Shown: in pieces, positions 1 through 12,981 of the stretch
Numbering within the stretch: the stretch's first letter is position 1
Layout: every line of letters starts with the position of its first letter
Assembly: GCF_009834535.1 (NCBI RefSeq)
Contig: NC_045707.1
Span: forward strand, 51,586,001 to 51,650,000
Direction of reading: 5' to 3'
DNA from: Camelus ferus
Taxonomy: Eukaryota
Length of the DNA: 64,000 bases
The notes under the pieces: model-generated
Told to the model about the DNA's origin: nothing
The model's input: the letters and a program-made list of their open reading frames with translations, nothing else
Databases searched by the model: none
Position numbers and translations under genes: made by a program

Positions 1-287
1 TCTTATTCAAGGACCAGGTTATAGTGGTCATTGTTTGTTCAATATTTACAGCTTTGAAGCAAATCAAATCAGAGTGCAGTAAGATCGCTTGGCATGTTTC
101 TTGGTCCTGAGTCTGTGTAGGTGACTTGTTACTTGTCCAAGCTTACAATTTTTTATAGGCCATAGTTTCAAGCCTCCTTCCAAAATGGTAGGATCCCAAA
201 CCAGTCCCTAGCTTCATGCAGGGATCTTAGTTTTGCACCGCCTCCCGCCCCGACCTTCTTGAAAGCACACTTTTAGTTGGCTTTACA
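1..287 (-). mobile_element. Probable ERV LTR 5' portion, running off the left edge
   Basis: Minus strand starts TGTAAAGCC at 287. It has a GC box (CCCGCCCC, 244-251) and an LTR-like composition, and it switches abruptly to L1-like sequence at about 290. The other end is not visible. Confidence 0.35.
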
Positions 288-289
288 TC

Positions 290-2240
290 ATTACAAATCC
301 AAACCAAATGTTATTGCTGACTTCCAAACTTTTAGACAAAAGTCATCAAGTAGACCTAGGGAGGAAGATTTCAGAAAGACGACGGGATCAAACCATAAGG
401 AAGATAAATTGATACAAAACCTGCATGCACCCTATAGGAGAGCTTCAAAATATACAAATCAAAATTTCATAGAAGTAAGTCGACTAGATACCAACATTCA
501 TAATCTGAAATTTTAATGTACCTCTTAGTAGCTGACAGAAGAATTAGAACAACAAGAAAAACAAACATCAATAAGCATACAAAAGGACAAAGGACAGTGA
601 AATTCAATGAATTCATTCTAATTGAAATATATTGAACATTACACCCAACAATGATAGAAAATGCATTCTTTTCTGAGAATGCACTTGGAAAGTCATCAAG
701 ATTGACCATATGTTGGTTCATAAAATAAGCCTCAACAAATTTCAGTGGATTGAAATAATTCAAAGCACGTTTTCACATTAAAATAAGCTAGAAAGTCGCC
801 AGATCTACCAAATAATGCAACAATGAAAAACCAAAGTAAAAATTGGGAAGTATTTAAAATATGAATTATACTTAAATGTGTACTATTAAATCTTGTTAAG
901 ATTCAGCCAAAACCAAAGGGCTCTGTAGAGAATTTTGAACCTTTAATTTATATTTTAGTAAAGAAAACAGCCTAAAAGTCAGTAAGAAATCTCCAATGTC
1001 AGAAAGAAATGAAAAACGAGTATCACTGCACATGTTAAAGATAATAAAAATCAAAAGTAATTCATGGCAATTAATTTGACAGTTTATATAAAGGAATCAA
1101 TTTCAAATACACAGCTTACAAAAATGATACAAGAAGAAAAGAAATAAATAGAAAATGGAAATAGTCTTATATTCATTTAAAAATTATATCTGAAATTAAA
1201 TACTTGGCTATGAAGAAAGCTCCAAGCACAGATAATTAATTCATTAATTGTTTTACACATACATTTAAGAAATAAATAGCATCAAAATATTCAAAGCAAA
1301 AATTATCAAAAATAAATGGAAAAATAGATAATTCCAAAGTTCACAGGTAAAGCTTCTAATATTGCTTTTTCAGAAATTGATAGAGCATAGAGTTTTTAAA
1401 AAAATCTATAAAGACATAGATAATCTGAGTAATACCATCAACCTTGTCCTAATTAATATTTGTAGGATGCTGTTATATCCAACAATTAGAAATTACACGT
1501 TTCTTGCAAGTCCTGAATATATAAGCCAGAAGATTAATTTGTACATATATCATTACATGATTGTTATATAGGAAACAATGTAATGAGGAAAAGTTGGACT
1601 TTTTTCTATAAATAATGCTGGATTAACTGAATATCCATATGGAAAAAGAAAAAATCTTGAAAAATATTTCAAACCGTATATACTTGCATGTAAATATGAA
1701 AGACAAACTATTAATGTTTCAAAGACAAAATGTAGGAGGATATTTTCACAAGTTTGACCCTAGATAAAGTTTTCTTGAACAAGATATTAACAGCATTAAC
1801 CATAAAAGACTAAATTGTAAAGTGAGCTATATTAAAATTAATAATTTTTGTTTATTAAAATATATTACTAAAGGGGTATAAAAACAAGCAACAGAATGGG
1901 AACAGATGTTAGCAGCACATATTTCAAACAAAAGACTTGACTCAGAACACGTAAAGAAATTCTATGAGTCTGTAAGAAAAAAGTAGAAAAAACAACTAAA
2001 AATAGATAAAATGTTTAAATAGGCATTTCACAAAGGAGGATATCAAAATTATAATAAATGTATAAAAGGTAGTCGTTTTTATTTGCCATCAAAGATGTGC
2101 AAACTAAAACCACAATGTAATAATATTGCACAGTCACCAGGAATATATGAAAAAGAAAAAATACAAAAAATAACAGGTAGAACAAACTAAAACTTTCAAA
2201 TACTTCTCTTAGGAGTGTACTTAAAAAACTTATCAACAGT
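290..2240 (+). mobile_element. Ancient degraded LINE-1 ORF2 fragments (endonuclease region plus later ORF2 pieces)
   Basis: About 640-770 'acacccaacaatgatagaaaatgcattcttttc...agattgaccatatgttggttcataaaataagcctcaacaaattt' matches the L1 endonuclease segment LHPxxxEYTFFS..KIDHxLGHKxSLNKF. About 1600-2150 resembles late ORF2. There are many stops and deletions. Confidence 0.8.
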
Positions 2241-2242
2241 TA

Positions 2243-3826
2243 TTTTTTAGCTGTTCTATTGAAATATAGTTTGCATACTGTATTGCTTGACTATTCAAAG
2301 TGTATAATTAAATGGATTTCAGTATACTCAATATATGTGCAGTCATTACCACAATCAGTTTTAGAATATTTTCACCATCTAAAGGTGAGAACCTATATCT
2401 TTTAGCTATCAATCCCTACCCAGCCCTAGGAAAACACTTATTTCATGTCTGTCTCTATAGATTTTCCTATTCTGGACATTTATAAAAGTAGAGTTTTATA
2501 ATATGTAGCCTTTAGTAACTGGCTTTTTTAACTTGGAGTAATGTTTTCAATGTTCATTCATTTTGTGGCATGTATCAGTTTTTGTTTCTTTTTTATGCCC
2601 AAATTATGTTCCATTGTATGGATATACCATATTTTGTTTGTCCATTCATTAATTGATTGCCACTGGTTTTTTTTCACTTTTGAAGTATTATCAATAACGC
2701 TACTATGTATATTTGTACACACATTTTTGTGTTGATACATATTATTTCTTTTGGGTATATACTGAGGAGTGGAATGACTGGATCATATGGTATCTCTTTA
2801 TTTAATTGTGTGAGGAATTACCAGGCTGTTTTCCAAGATGGCTGCACTATTTACATTTCCACTAGCCAATGCTTGTTATTATCTGACTTTGATACTAGTC
2901 ATTCTAATGGCTGGGAAGCATATTTTATCGTGGTTTTCACTGGTAATTTCCCTTATAATTAGTTATGTTGAACATTTTTTCATGTGCTTACTAGTTATTT
3001 GTATATTTTGGAGAAATGTCTATTTAAATTGCCCATTTTAAATTAGATTACTTATCTTTTTATTGAGTTGAATGAATCTTTTATATGTTGTGAATACATG
3101 CCCCTTATCAGATACTTAAATTGCAAATGTTTTCTCTAATCACATGGGTCACTTTTTTAACGATGTCCTTTGAAGCAAAAAGGTTTTTTACTTGGGTAAA
3201 GTCCAATGTTTCTCTCTTTTTTTTTCTTTTATTAATTATGCTTTTAGTGTCATATCTAAGAATCCTTTTCAAAATCCCAGATCATGAATGTTGACCTCTA
3301 TGTTTTCTTCTAATAGTTTATAGTTTTAGTTCTTACAGTTAGGTCTTTGATTGTTTTGAATTAATTTTGTATATGGTGTGAATTCAGTATCCAACTTCAT
3401 TCATTTGCATGTTGTCTCAACACTTGCTACCCTTGTCAAAAATCAGTTGACCATATATGTATAAGTTTATTTATTGACTGTCAGTTCTGCTCCATAGATC
3501 TGTATGTCTGTCCTTATGCCAGTACCACACTGTCTTGATTTTGTTGCTTTGTCTTAGCTTTGAAATCAGAAAGTGTAAGTTCTCCTACTTTGTTCTTCTT
3601 ATTCAAGATTGTATTGACTTTTCTGGGTCCTTCGCAATTCCATATGAATTTTAGAATCAGCATGTCAATTTCTTCAAAGAAGTCAGCTGGTCTTCTGATA
3701 GGGATTACATTGAGTCTATAGAACTCAGCAGGGATTATTAATAATGTTAAATCTTCTGATCTGTGAACATGGAATATTTCTTCAATTTTTTAGTTCTTTA
3801 AATTCTTTTAACAATGTTTTGTAGCT
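2243..3826 (-). mobile_element. Old LINE-1 (L1MB-like) 3' UTR and ORF2 3' portion
   Basis: T-rich start followed by a typical antisense L1 3' UTR. Minus-strand ORF 2558-2740 contains 'SINEWTNKIWYIHTMEH' (ORF2 C-terminus). Antisense ORF2 signature 'ccttatgccagtaccacactgtcttgatt' is present. Confidence 0.9.
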
Positions 3827-3849
3827 TGAGTGGATTAAAAATTTAATAG

Positions 3850-5390
3850 TATTGAGATAACTGAGAAAAGAAAAGGAAAGGTCCATATAAAAGTGGGGGA
3901 GGTATTCTGAGAAAAAGAAATTTTTTTTTTCAAAGAGTCATTTGATTTATTTATGTACCCTACACAAAGATATTAAAAGAGGGAATTTTGTGAAATTAGA
4001 AAAGGCCATTGACTCTTGCCTTTTTCTGAAAGTTCAGGAAAAGTAACTTGTATTAAACATTAGCACCAGAAAATTATCAAAACTCATTCAAAGTTAGTAT
4101 AAGAAGAAGAATGAGAAGAATAAATTTCCTATAGGCAATGAAAAAATGGAATAAGATGCTCAAGGAGGAGATACCTTAGATGTTTTAGAATAAGATGCTC
4201 ATGGAGCAGGACTTCTTTTCCAAAATACACTTAAATCTATTAAGAAAATGACACGGATGTGAAAGAATAATACAATCAGAATTAGAAAAACTCAAAATTG
4301 AGATGATAGAACTTATTAAAGAATGATATGAAAGAAAAAATCATTTTCAGAAATTAAGAATAAACTACAAGAAATACAATAGCAAATTAAGAAAACAGAT
4401 ACTACTTTAAAAGAAGTATTATGAAAGAAGGAACATTTTTAAAACAACAATAAATGAAATAACAAATATTGTATAGGCAAAGAAGATCAGTTTACAGATC
4501 AAAGAACTCCCTGAAGAAGAAAACCAGAGTAAGGAAACAGAAGAAATAATAAAAATATAACTGGAGGAAACATTTCTGAAATACAAATTTAAAAAAATTG
4601 AAACTACACAATAAAAGAGTATGTTACATGCTTAATATGAGAATTTTGATCTAGAATAACCTATTTCAATACCTATTTTAATAAAATTCCTGGCTTTTAC
4701 AGAATAAGAAAAAAAAGTATTTGGTTACTTAGGCAAGAGTAGCAAGTGAATTATAAACAAAAGAAAATTAGTTTATCATTTGACTCTTTGACGGCAATGC
4801 TCCATTACAAATCAAAATGGAGAATCATGTTAAAGATATATAGTGAAAACAAATGTTCACCAATGAGTTAATATATAATAGAAATGACTTTCCACTGTAA
4901 AGGTCACAGACAAACTCTTATCTTAATGTAAGAAATACTGTTACCTTGAGACCTTTTTAAGACTCTATTATAGAATGAATTTCAAACAACCAAAATGACT
5001 ACGGACAGCATGAGGGCTTGTGTGAGAATAAAATAAATTATTACTTGTAAAACTAAGATTAAATGAGGACTAAAAGGACAGAATAAGATGTATAGTATCC
5101 AATTGCTTTTTATTCAAAGTACAAGTATAAAATAGAGGGAGTTTAGGAATACCAAAAAAAAATCTAATTGTTCTCAGTAATTGTTACCAGTACTAAGTTG
5201 GTAGTAGTACTATTTTGTGTGTAATATGAGGTAGGATAAATGATTAATTGTGATAAATTCTAAATTTGCTTATCCTGTGTTCTTAATAACCAAGATTCTT
5301 GGTGTGGAACAAAAGAAAGAAAGGTGTAATGTAGAAAACATTAAACAAAAGTTATATAGTCCTGGATTTTAATTGGAAATATGGGAGCTT
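3850..5390 (+). mobile_element. Degraded L1 ORF1-like element, probably HAL1
   Basis: A-rich ORF1-like sequence 'ccctgaagaagaaaaccagagtaaggaaacagaag', then 'gaatgaatttcaaacaaccaaaatgact' as recalled from HAL1. No ORF2 follows. Confidence 0.55.
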
Positions 5391-5399
5391 CAATATAGA

Positions 5400-6055
5400 A
5401 TGATTATATATTCAGTATTCAGTATAGAATTAGAATTATCACTATTTTGCCGTATGTAATTAATTAATGGATCTCAGCCTTAATATCAACAGTTATACAC
5501 ACACACAAATGAGGAGACACTTTGAGCTTCCTAATAAAACAAACCATCATCTGTAGGCTTGATTGTTGGATTGAATGTGATCCTTGTCAAAACTCTGAAT
5601 CCAGCAGCCAATTTGCAGAAAATATAGAGGACAAAGATACATATCGAATTATATAACTATGAAATCAGCAAAATCTAGAATGTTGGAAAAGCTGCAGGTT
5701 CTTTAAAGGCTAACTTATAAGTAACTGAATAGGATAAAGGGAAAATTTATAAATTAAAGCAACTTAAAAGACACTTTTTAATAGACCAGACTAAATTACA
5801 GTGTCTAGAGATGCACACATGTACCCTAAAACGTAAGAAACACAAGGAAATGATTCCCACAAAAGTCAAAAGTAGTGCTTACTTTTTGGAGAGATAGAGT
5901 TAAGATGGATACAAGGTACATGGAAGGGTTCCTGGGGTAACTGGCTAAGGTGTATGTCTCAACCTGAGTGGTGATTACAGGTGCATTTGCCTTGTAATAT
6001 CTCATTAAACCATATATTTTTATGCTTTTCTGTAGCACTGTTTTACATTTTTTTA
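5400..6055 (+). mobile_element. Ancient L1 (L1MC4/5-like) 3' UTR
   Basis: 'gaaatcagcaaaatctagaatg', 'aggaaatgattcccacaaaagtca' and 'acctgagtggtgattacaggtg' are typical old L1 3' UTR motifs. Confidence 0.7.
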
Positions 6056-7074
6056 AACACTGATTTCCTTTCACTCTATAGTAATGAAGTAAGAATTTTT
6101 TAAAAAGATGATTAAAAATAGAAATAGCATGCCACTGTTATGCTAGCTTTAAAAGAAAATTCTCTGAGATGTAGATTTTAATAATAATAATTTAAACACA
6201 TTCCAAATGAAATTAAATATGAGAATACGGTGGAAAGCATGTCTAAAAAAAAGAAAAGAAATAAACTTGGGAGTTTTAGGATAATAATAAATATACCTAC
6301 AAGATTTTATTAGACTAAGCAGGTAGTCTTTGTAAGGAAAAAATAGAGAAAGAGAACATAGGATCTACTGAGAAGAGAACTAGCGTCTTTATTTTTCCTG
6401 GATGTAGTATTATGCTCCCTTTTATTAGTACCTAAAATAGTCACTTTGATTAAGGCAAATTTATAAATTGTTAGTTCTAAATAATATTTAATCTGGGGAA
6501 TAATGTAAATTGGTTGTTTAGTTTAGTCAAAATTGACCCAAGAAGGCAAAGTGCCCGTATTGGAGATATGGATAAGGAGACATTTGTCTTTTACAGTAGA
6601 AATTCATTTCGTCTTTTAATAAAGTATGTAATTTAAGCATTTAACTGCATTAAGGTTGTAATAAGAAAGCTTTCAATACATAAATGCCGTCGAATATTCT
6701 CTCTTTTTTTGGCAGAAGAACTCTTAGAATTCTTCTTTTTCTTTAATTTTCCCCTTCCTGACCTCAGAGGAGAGCCCTAGTTTGACAGAACTGCTGTGGA
6801 ATTTATAAGCAGAATTTGTAGAAGTAAAAGATGAAGGAAAGTTTATAGACTGGGGCTGGGTTGGAGTTTGAAGTGAGTAGCCCTTTGTGGTATATGAGTT
6901 TGGTGGATAGGAGACAAAAGTAAAAATTTTAAAACATACTGATCTATAGATCTCTTCACTTTATTATAGTTACTTTAATATCACTGTATGTGATCTTTTG
7001 ACTTGGGCTTCTCTGGGAGGAGACCATTTGGGGAAGAGATTTGCATGCAGGAAACATGGAAGAGTAGAACCTTA

Positions 7075-7594
7075 CATCAGTAAGTTATCATTGGGTAATA
7101 TAAACCACTGCAAAACATAATGATTAAAATAATTTATTATTTCTCATTAGCCTACTAGTTGACTAGGCAGTTCTCCTGATGTAAGCCAGGCTCTGCTGGT
7201 CTTGGATGGGCTTACTTCTGTATTAGCTAGTATTAGCTTTATCCAGCTGCTTCTGGATTTTGTATGCTGGGACTTCGGCTTTCCTCCATATATTCTCTCG
7301 TCCTCCTGTGGGCTAGTACAGACTTGGTTTCTTGGGCGAGACAGGAAACTGCTAGAGACAGTAGCATGTGCAAGGTCTTTGAAGCCTGTGCTCAGAAGTG
7401 GCACACCTTCACTTCTGCTGCTTTCTATTAGCCAAAGTAAGTAATAAGCCCGACTCAGATTCAAAGGACAGTGAGAAAAAACAGATAACCAAAACTCCAT
7501 CTCTTGAAGTGAGGAGATTATGAAGTCACACAGCATAGGGTATGGAGACTAAAAGGCCATTAACTGGGACCACAAATTAAATCAATCTATTACA
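7075..7594 (-). mobile_element. MaLR (MLT1-type) solo LTR
   Basis: MLT1 antisense motifs 'ggcacaccttcacttctgctgctttctattagccaaagtaag' and 'agattcaaagg', ending 'aatctattaca'. Confidence 0.8.
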
Positions 7595-8094
7595 ATATCC
7601 AACATCATCTAAGATTTAACTTTGTAAATGTTATTCTAAAAGGATAAGAGCTTCAGCTTTTCAAGTTCCTATGTTTCAAGTTTCCATCTTTCCTTTATAA
7701 ATAAAGAGTCAGATGACATGGAGTCATAGCTTGCTGGTTATTTGAATATGTGAATGAGAATGAACAAAGTTAATTACAGAAAGCTCTTGACTGATAGAGA
7801 GTGAAAGTACGATTTGATGGACTACTAAAAATAAGTGGTTAAAAACTAGAACACATTATATTTGCATTGTATTTTCCAGAAAGCATTTAATTACTTCACT
7901 AATTTTCATGTTTGTTTACTATATGCTTGTTTACTGTATGTTTAAGTTTGGCTGTGAATAATAGAAGACCCAAAGTAGCAGTCATTTATGCAAGTTATAA
8001 ATTTCTCTTATAGAGAATTCAATATCAGGGGCCAGGGCTATAAGACATTCCATGGTGTTAGGATCTAGGCTTCTTCTTGTTCCAACATACTTTT

Positions 8095-9480
8095 CTAAAA
8101 CAAATTTTCTATCTTGGAATAAGTTTAGATTTAGATTAAAGTTACAAAGATAAAACAAAAAGTTAATGTATATTTCGTACCAAGTTTCCCCCATTGTTAA
8201 CATCTTACACTACTGTGTAAGAAACCAATGTTGGTACATTGCTATTAACTAAAATTCTGACTTTACTTGTATTTACTAGTTTTTCTATTACTGTCTTTTT
8301 CTGTTCCAGGATCCAGTCTGGGGTACCATGTAGTATTTATCTGTCATGACTCTGTAGTCCCTCCTCTGGTCTGTGACATATTACCAATCTTTACTACTTT
8401 TCCATGATCTTGATAGTCTTGAGGCATACTGGTCAGGTATCCTGTAGATGGTCTCGCAATCTGTGTTTATTTGATACTTTTTATTCATGGTTAGCCTGGG
8501 GCTATTGTTTTTTGACAAGAGTATTACAGAGGCAGAGGGCCCTTCTCATCATATCATATAAGTGGATAGATGACATTGGTAACATTAACCATGACTTGGT
8601 TAAGGTAGTTTTTGCCAGGTTTCTCCACTCTAAATTTACTTTGCTTTTCTTTCTGTACTCTATTCTTTGTAAGCATATCGCTAAGTCCAATGGACCTTTA
8701 AGGGGGAGGGATTAAGCTCCACCTCCCGGGATGGGGTGACACTACATATATTAAATTGAAGCTTGTAAAAAAGCAAGGAGGATTTATTTCTTTTCTTCCA
8801 TTTAATCATTTATTCAATTATTTATATTACTATGGCTCATTGATATTTACTTTATACTTTGAGCTATAATCCAATACTATATTATTCATTTTGTGACTCA
8901 AATTATTCTAATTTTGACCTTTTGGAGGTATTTAAGGTTGACTTTAATTTTTCTATAACATGTCACCATCCTTCTGTTTTTTTGAGGACACCTTTACATT
9001 TTGGTACTACGAGATGCTCCAGAATCACCTTATATTTACCCTGTCCCCATTCTGGAATAAGTCACTTTTACAATAAGGACTAGTTCTTTTTATGGAAATA
9101 ATACTTAGAAACCAAAATCTGAATGCTAGGTATGTTTGTTGCTTCTGAGGTGTTACTATTTCCAGACTCTCTCAATAGATAGAAATAGGTAATTTGAATA
9201 TATACTAGCCTACAAATACACAGATCTTTATAATTATTTGTTTATTTGTTCTTTGTGTGTGAATATACACAAATGTGTATATACATGCACACACATATAT
9301 ATGTGTACACACATATTTATATATTAGCTAAACATGAGCTTATTCTCATGTCTCTGACTCCAGTCCAGAACCACATGGTTTACTCTAACCTTCCTTTCTT
9401 GCTTATCAGTAACTTCCCTCTGTGACAGTAAGAAATCTGGCTTCTGTCATCTTCTATCTGTTTACTTATCTGTATACATT
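8095..9480 (-). mobile_element. Old L1 (L1MC/MD-like) 3' UTR
   Basis: Antisense L1 3' motifs 'tttcccccattgttaacatcttac', 'ttgaggcatactggtcaggtat' and 'ttagaaaccaaaatctgaatgctagg'. Confidence 0.8.
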
Positions 9481-9489
9481 ATGCCTTTT

Positions 9490-9725
9490 TTATCTTATCG
9501 TGCAAGATAAGAGCCTGCATGCTTCGGGTAGTACATTGGAGGTAAGGATGGAGAATTATAGGCAAAGAACACACATGAAGTTTCCCGCAAGAAAGGGTTT
9601 CCGGAAACTGCTCTGCAACTTTTCTGCTGACATTCCATTAGCAAAAAATTGGTCACAAGGCCATAACAGCTGAAAAGGAGCTCGAGAAATGTGCTCTTTA
9701 TCCTGGGAAGCAGAATTCCAAGCTT
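9490..9725 (-). mobile_element. MaLR (MLT1) LTR fragment
   Basis: 'cttttctgctgacattccattagcaaaaaattggtcacaaggccat...agctgaaaaggagct'. Confidence 0.6.
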
Positions 9726-9877
9726 ACAAAAAAGTCAAAAAAACAAAAACAAACAAAAAAACAGGACAACCAAAAAACAAAAAAACTATCACTATGAAAG
9801 ATGGAAAAATAAGGGAAGAATAATTGGAAAAGAACTGACTCTGTCCTACACATTACCTGAATATTATTTTTCCTGAA

Positions 9878-9919
<42 letters not shown>
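9878..9919. repeat. (TAT)n microsatellite
   Basis: About 14 uninterrupted TAT units. Confidence 0.95.
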
Positions 9920-11837
9920 GAAGCAAGGAAAAAGGAAAAAGTTTTGTAATTCATTTCAGAATTATTAAAGATCATATAAATAGATTGGCACAATGAACTT
10001 TTACATCTTTTAAATCTATCTTTTATTTCCCTTCATCTATGTCATTATCCATAGTCCAGTTAACTTTAAGGAAAAAGAACAAATGATTAATATATTTAAA
10101 GCCAAAAGAGATCTGGGAATTAGGATGAAAAAGCCAATATCTGCTGTCATTACAGAATCTGGAGAGACTATTTCATTATGTTGTCTAAAATTTTCCTTAA
10201 ATGCATGAAAGAAATAGTACATTTATTTTTATATCACTGTTTCCCCTTTTCTCGTAACAAGGACTGTGAGCAGTGACATTAATCTGTTGACTGTTGCTAA
10301 ATATATCAGATACGCTTCATAAACGCACACCTGCTGTGCTGCTGAAAGAGCCTGGTATTTTCTGATGCTCCATTGAATACAGTGGACTGACAGCTTAAAA
10401 AGGCAGAACAGAAGATGGGTGGGAGGAAAGTCCAATGAGTAAATGGGTTAATAATACACTGTAATACAGTCCTTACTGAAGTCAGTTATTACTGAAAAGA
10501 ATGAAGGGACAACAAAATCTTAAATAAAGCCTATTTTATGAAATATAGCAATACTAGAACATGTGCTAAAATAGATATACTACTCAGATTGAACTCTTCA
10601 TAGATTCTTGAATTCATGGTTATGTGGCTTTTTTTTTTTTTTTTAAAGTCTGAGTTATTTAGAAGTTATGGCCTTGAATGTGAGCTAGTCAAGTTATGCA
10701 TAATACTTACACATTAGAATGCACAGAAATTTTATCAGAAAAAAATTGGCATATCATACTCCCTTATGTAACATTACATTTTAAAATTTTCAACAAAAGG
10801 CCTATAAAACCTCTGTGTATAGCTATATAATGGCTCCCAATTGTTGTAAGAAATAGCTCAGTCTATGGAAAACATTATAAAGAAATTTCATTCAGCTGTA
10901 AATATATCTATTCCTTTGACATGGTCATAGCAATTCAAGCATGAGAATGAATACAAAATATGCCTTACTAAACCTGAAAGGGGATTTTTCTGAATTTTAA
11001 AAATTATATGCCCCTTCTAAGAAGTGAGAAGATTTGGGGATACTTCAATTAAAGCTATTAGACACATGGACCTTTAAGGTGAAAGTATTCCAGTAATTAG
11101 TCCTTCTTTTGTAGTTATAGCTCTGGAAATGTACTTTCTTTTTCCTTTGTGATTTTTGGATATCTTACTACAACTTTCAAACTGTAAAGCTCATACATTA
11201 AAAAGTTAAAGTTCTACATTTAAACAGAATATACAATGTCCATATACTTCTATTATCTATTTCAGGTTATTTTAGGTTTAAGTTTATTATCATATAAAAG
11301 TATGTATAATTATTTGAGTGTGAATATCTGTATTCTTATAGAAAACCTAGATTTTGTCAATTAGTAAAAATAATGATGGTCATAATACTCAAAGAACAGA
11401 AAACTAGTCTTTCTACCCATGTTTTGTCAGTTCTAGTTTCTTTTTTGGAATAAAATAATTATTTTATAGGCTTGGAATTTGTAATACCCACAGCAACCAT
11501 GGCCTTTAATGATTTTTTACATTGCAAAAATATTTCACTTTTAGTAAGTTTTGCTAAATTACACTATAATTAATCACTTTAGTCGTTGTTTTATACCTGG
11601 AACCATTCTGCAATCCTCTTTTTCAGAGATGTTTAACTTTTCCACATACTTCCAGAAAATTATTGTATTTCCTTTTAAGTTTCACTTGGCTAAACTTGTA
11701 TATATTTATTTCTTTAATGTCTTTTTTTTTTTTTTTCTCTCCCAAGAAAACCTCTCTGGCTTGTTCAGAGCACTAAAGGTTGTTCTCTGAATTTCTTTCC
11801 TTTTCTCTTCATCTTTTGGGACTGATGTTTGATATTT

Positions 11838-11981
11838 CAGGTGTGGTGGTGGTAGGGCGTAGCTGATTTGTAGCATTTGTCTATTTCTGTGGTATAAATA
11901 GCCCTTCTAGGGTTATTTTAAGCTAAGAGATACACATTTGGCCTTTGAGAGCCTATGGAAGAAAGCTCCAGTTCACTACTG
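11838..11981. mobile_element. MER63-like hAT DNA transposon fossil
   Basis: 'tgatttgtagcatttgtctatttctgtggtataaata' and end 'gctccagttcactactg' resemble MER63. Confidence 0.6.
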
Positions 11982-12063
11982 AATTTATCTATTCCTCTTC
12001 TTTGTGGTCAGCTGTTTCATAATCTACTAGATTGCCCTATGGTTATTCAAGAAAGTTGAGCAC

Positions 12064-12473
12064 TGTTGAAATAACTTTCTAGGCCTAAGATGGAGTCACC
12101 TCTGTCTGGGGTGCCATGTCAACAAACTTTCTTAGATACCTTAGATAACTTTCTTGTAAATGTAGAAACTTAGATAACTTAGATAACTTTCTTGGAAATG
12201 CTTCCATTGACCAGAAACTCAGTATGTCCAGTAAGCCAATCCTCAAATGCTAAGCCAACTCTGGGCTTTCTTATTGCAAATGGTTGACCATGTGATCCTA
12301 GCCAATCATATATTTTCTATTTTTTTCTCTTCCTGTTCTTTATTCTTTATCCTAAAAGAGTCTTCTGCCTTCCTCCCATTTTGCAGTTCTCTGAATAGAG
12401 ACTGTCCACTTCATGAAATGTTAAATAAAGTTTATATCTATCACCTAAATTGCCTTCTTTAATCATTTTAACA
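12064..12473 (+). mobile_element. ERV1-type solo LTR (410 bp)
   Basis: Inverted termini TGTTGAAA...TTTTAACA. 'aagatggagtca' lies near the 5' end, CCAAT near 12236 and AATAAA at 12424-12429. The 4-bp flanks GCAC/CCAC form an imperfect TSD. Confidence 0.85.
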
Positions 12474-12888
12474 CCACTATTAACTAAGTTTCTCTGGATT
12501 GCTTATAAGTTACTTTCCTTTTATTCCCACTATAAATGCATAATTTTCCATGTTAGAACATGACTAGAAGTTGGACATTCTAACTCTGAATAGATATTGT
12601 ATGTGTTGTCAACCCCATTTCCCGTTCTTTCAACAGCATTTGGCTTCTTATAAATTTCAGTGTATCAATACAAAACCATTATGCTATTATTTTCTTTATT
12701 TCTAATATCTTTGATTTCTTGATTCATCATATGAAGTGATTTTCTTCTGAATCACTTCTAGTTTCTTTCCCAATGTTCTGACCACTCCTTTTAAGTTAAT
12801 CATTGCAGGCTTCTCACTCCAGGAGCAGCATTTTTACCATGTCCTTTCCTTTGGTGATATTATTTTCCCTAGCTTAAACATGCAATGG

Positions 12889-12978
<90 letters not shown>

Positions 12979-12981
12979 TAT
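12889..12981. repeat. Compound (AT)n(GT)n(AT)n microsatellite
   Basis: Directly visible dinucleotide runs. Confidence 0.95.
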
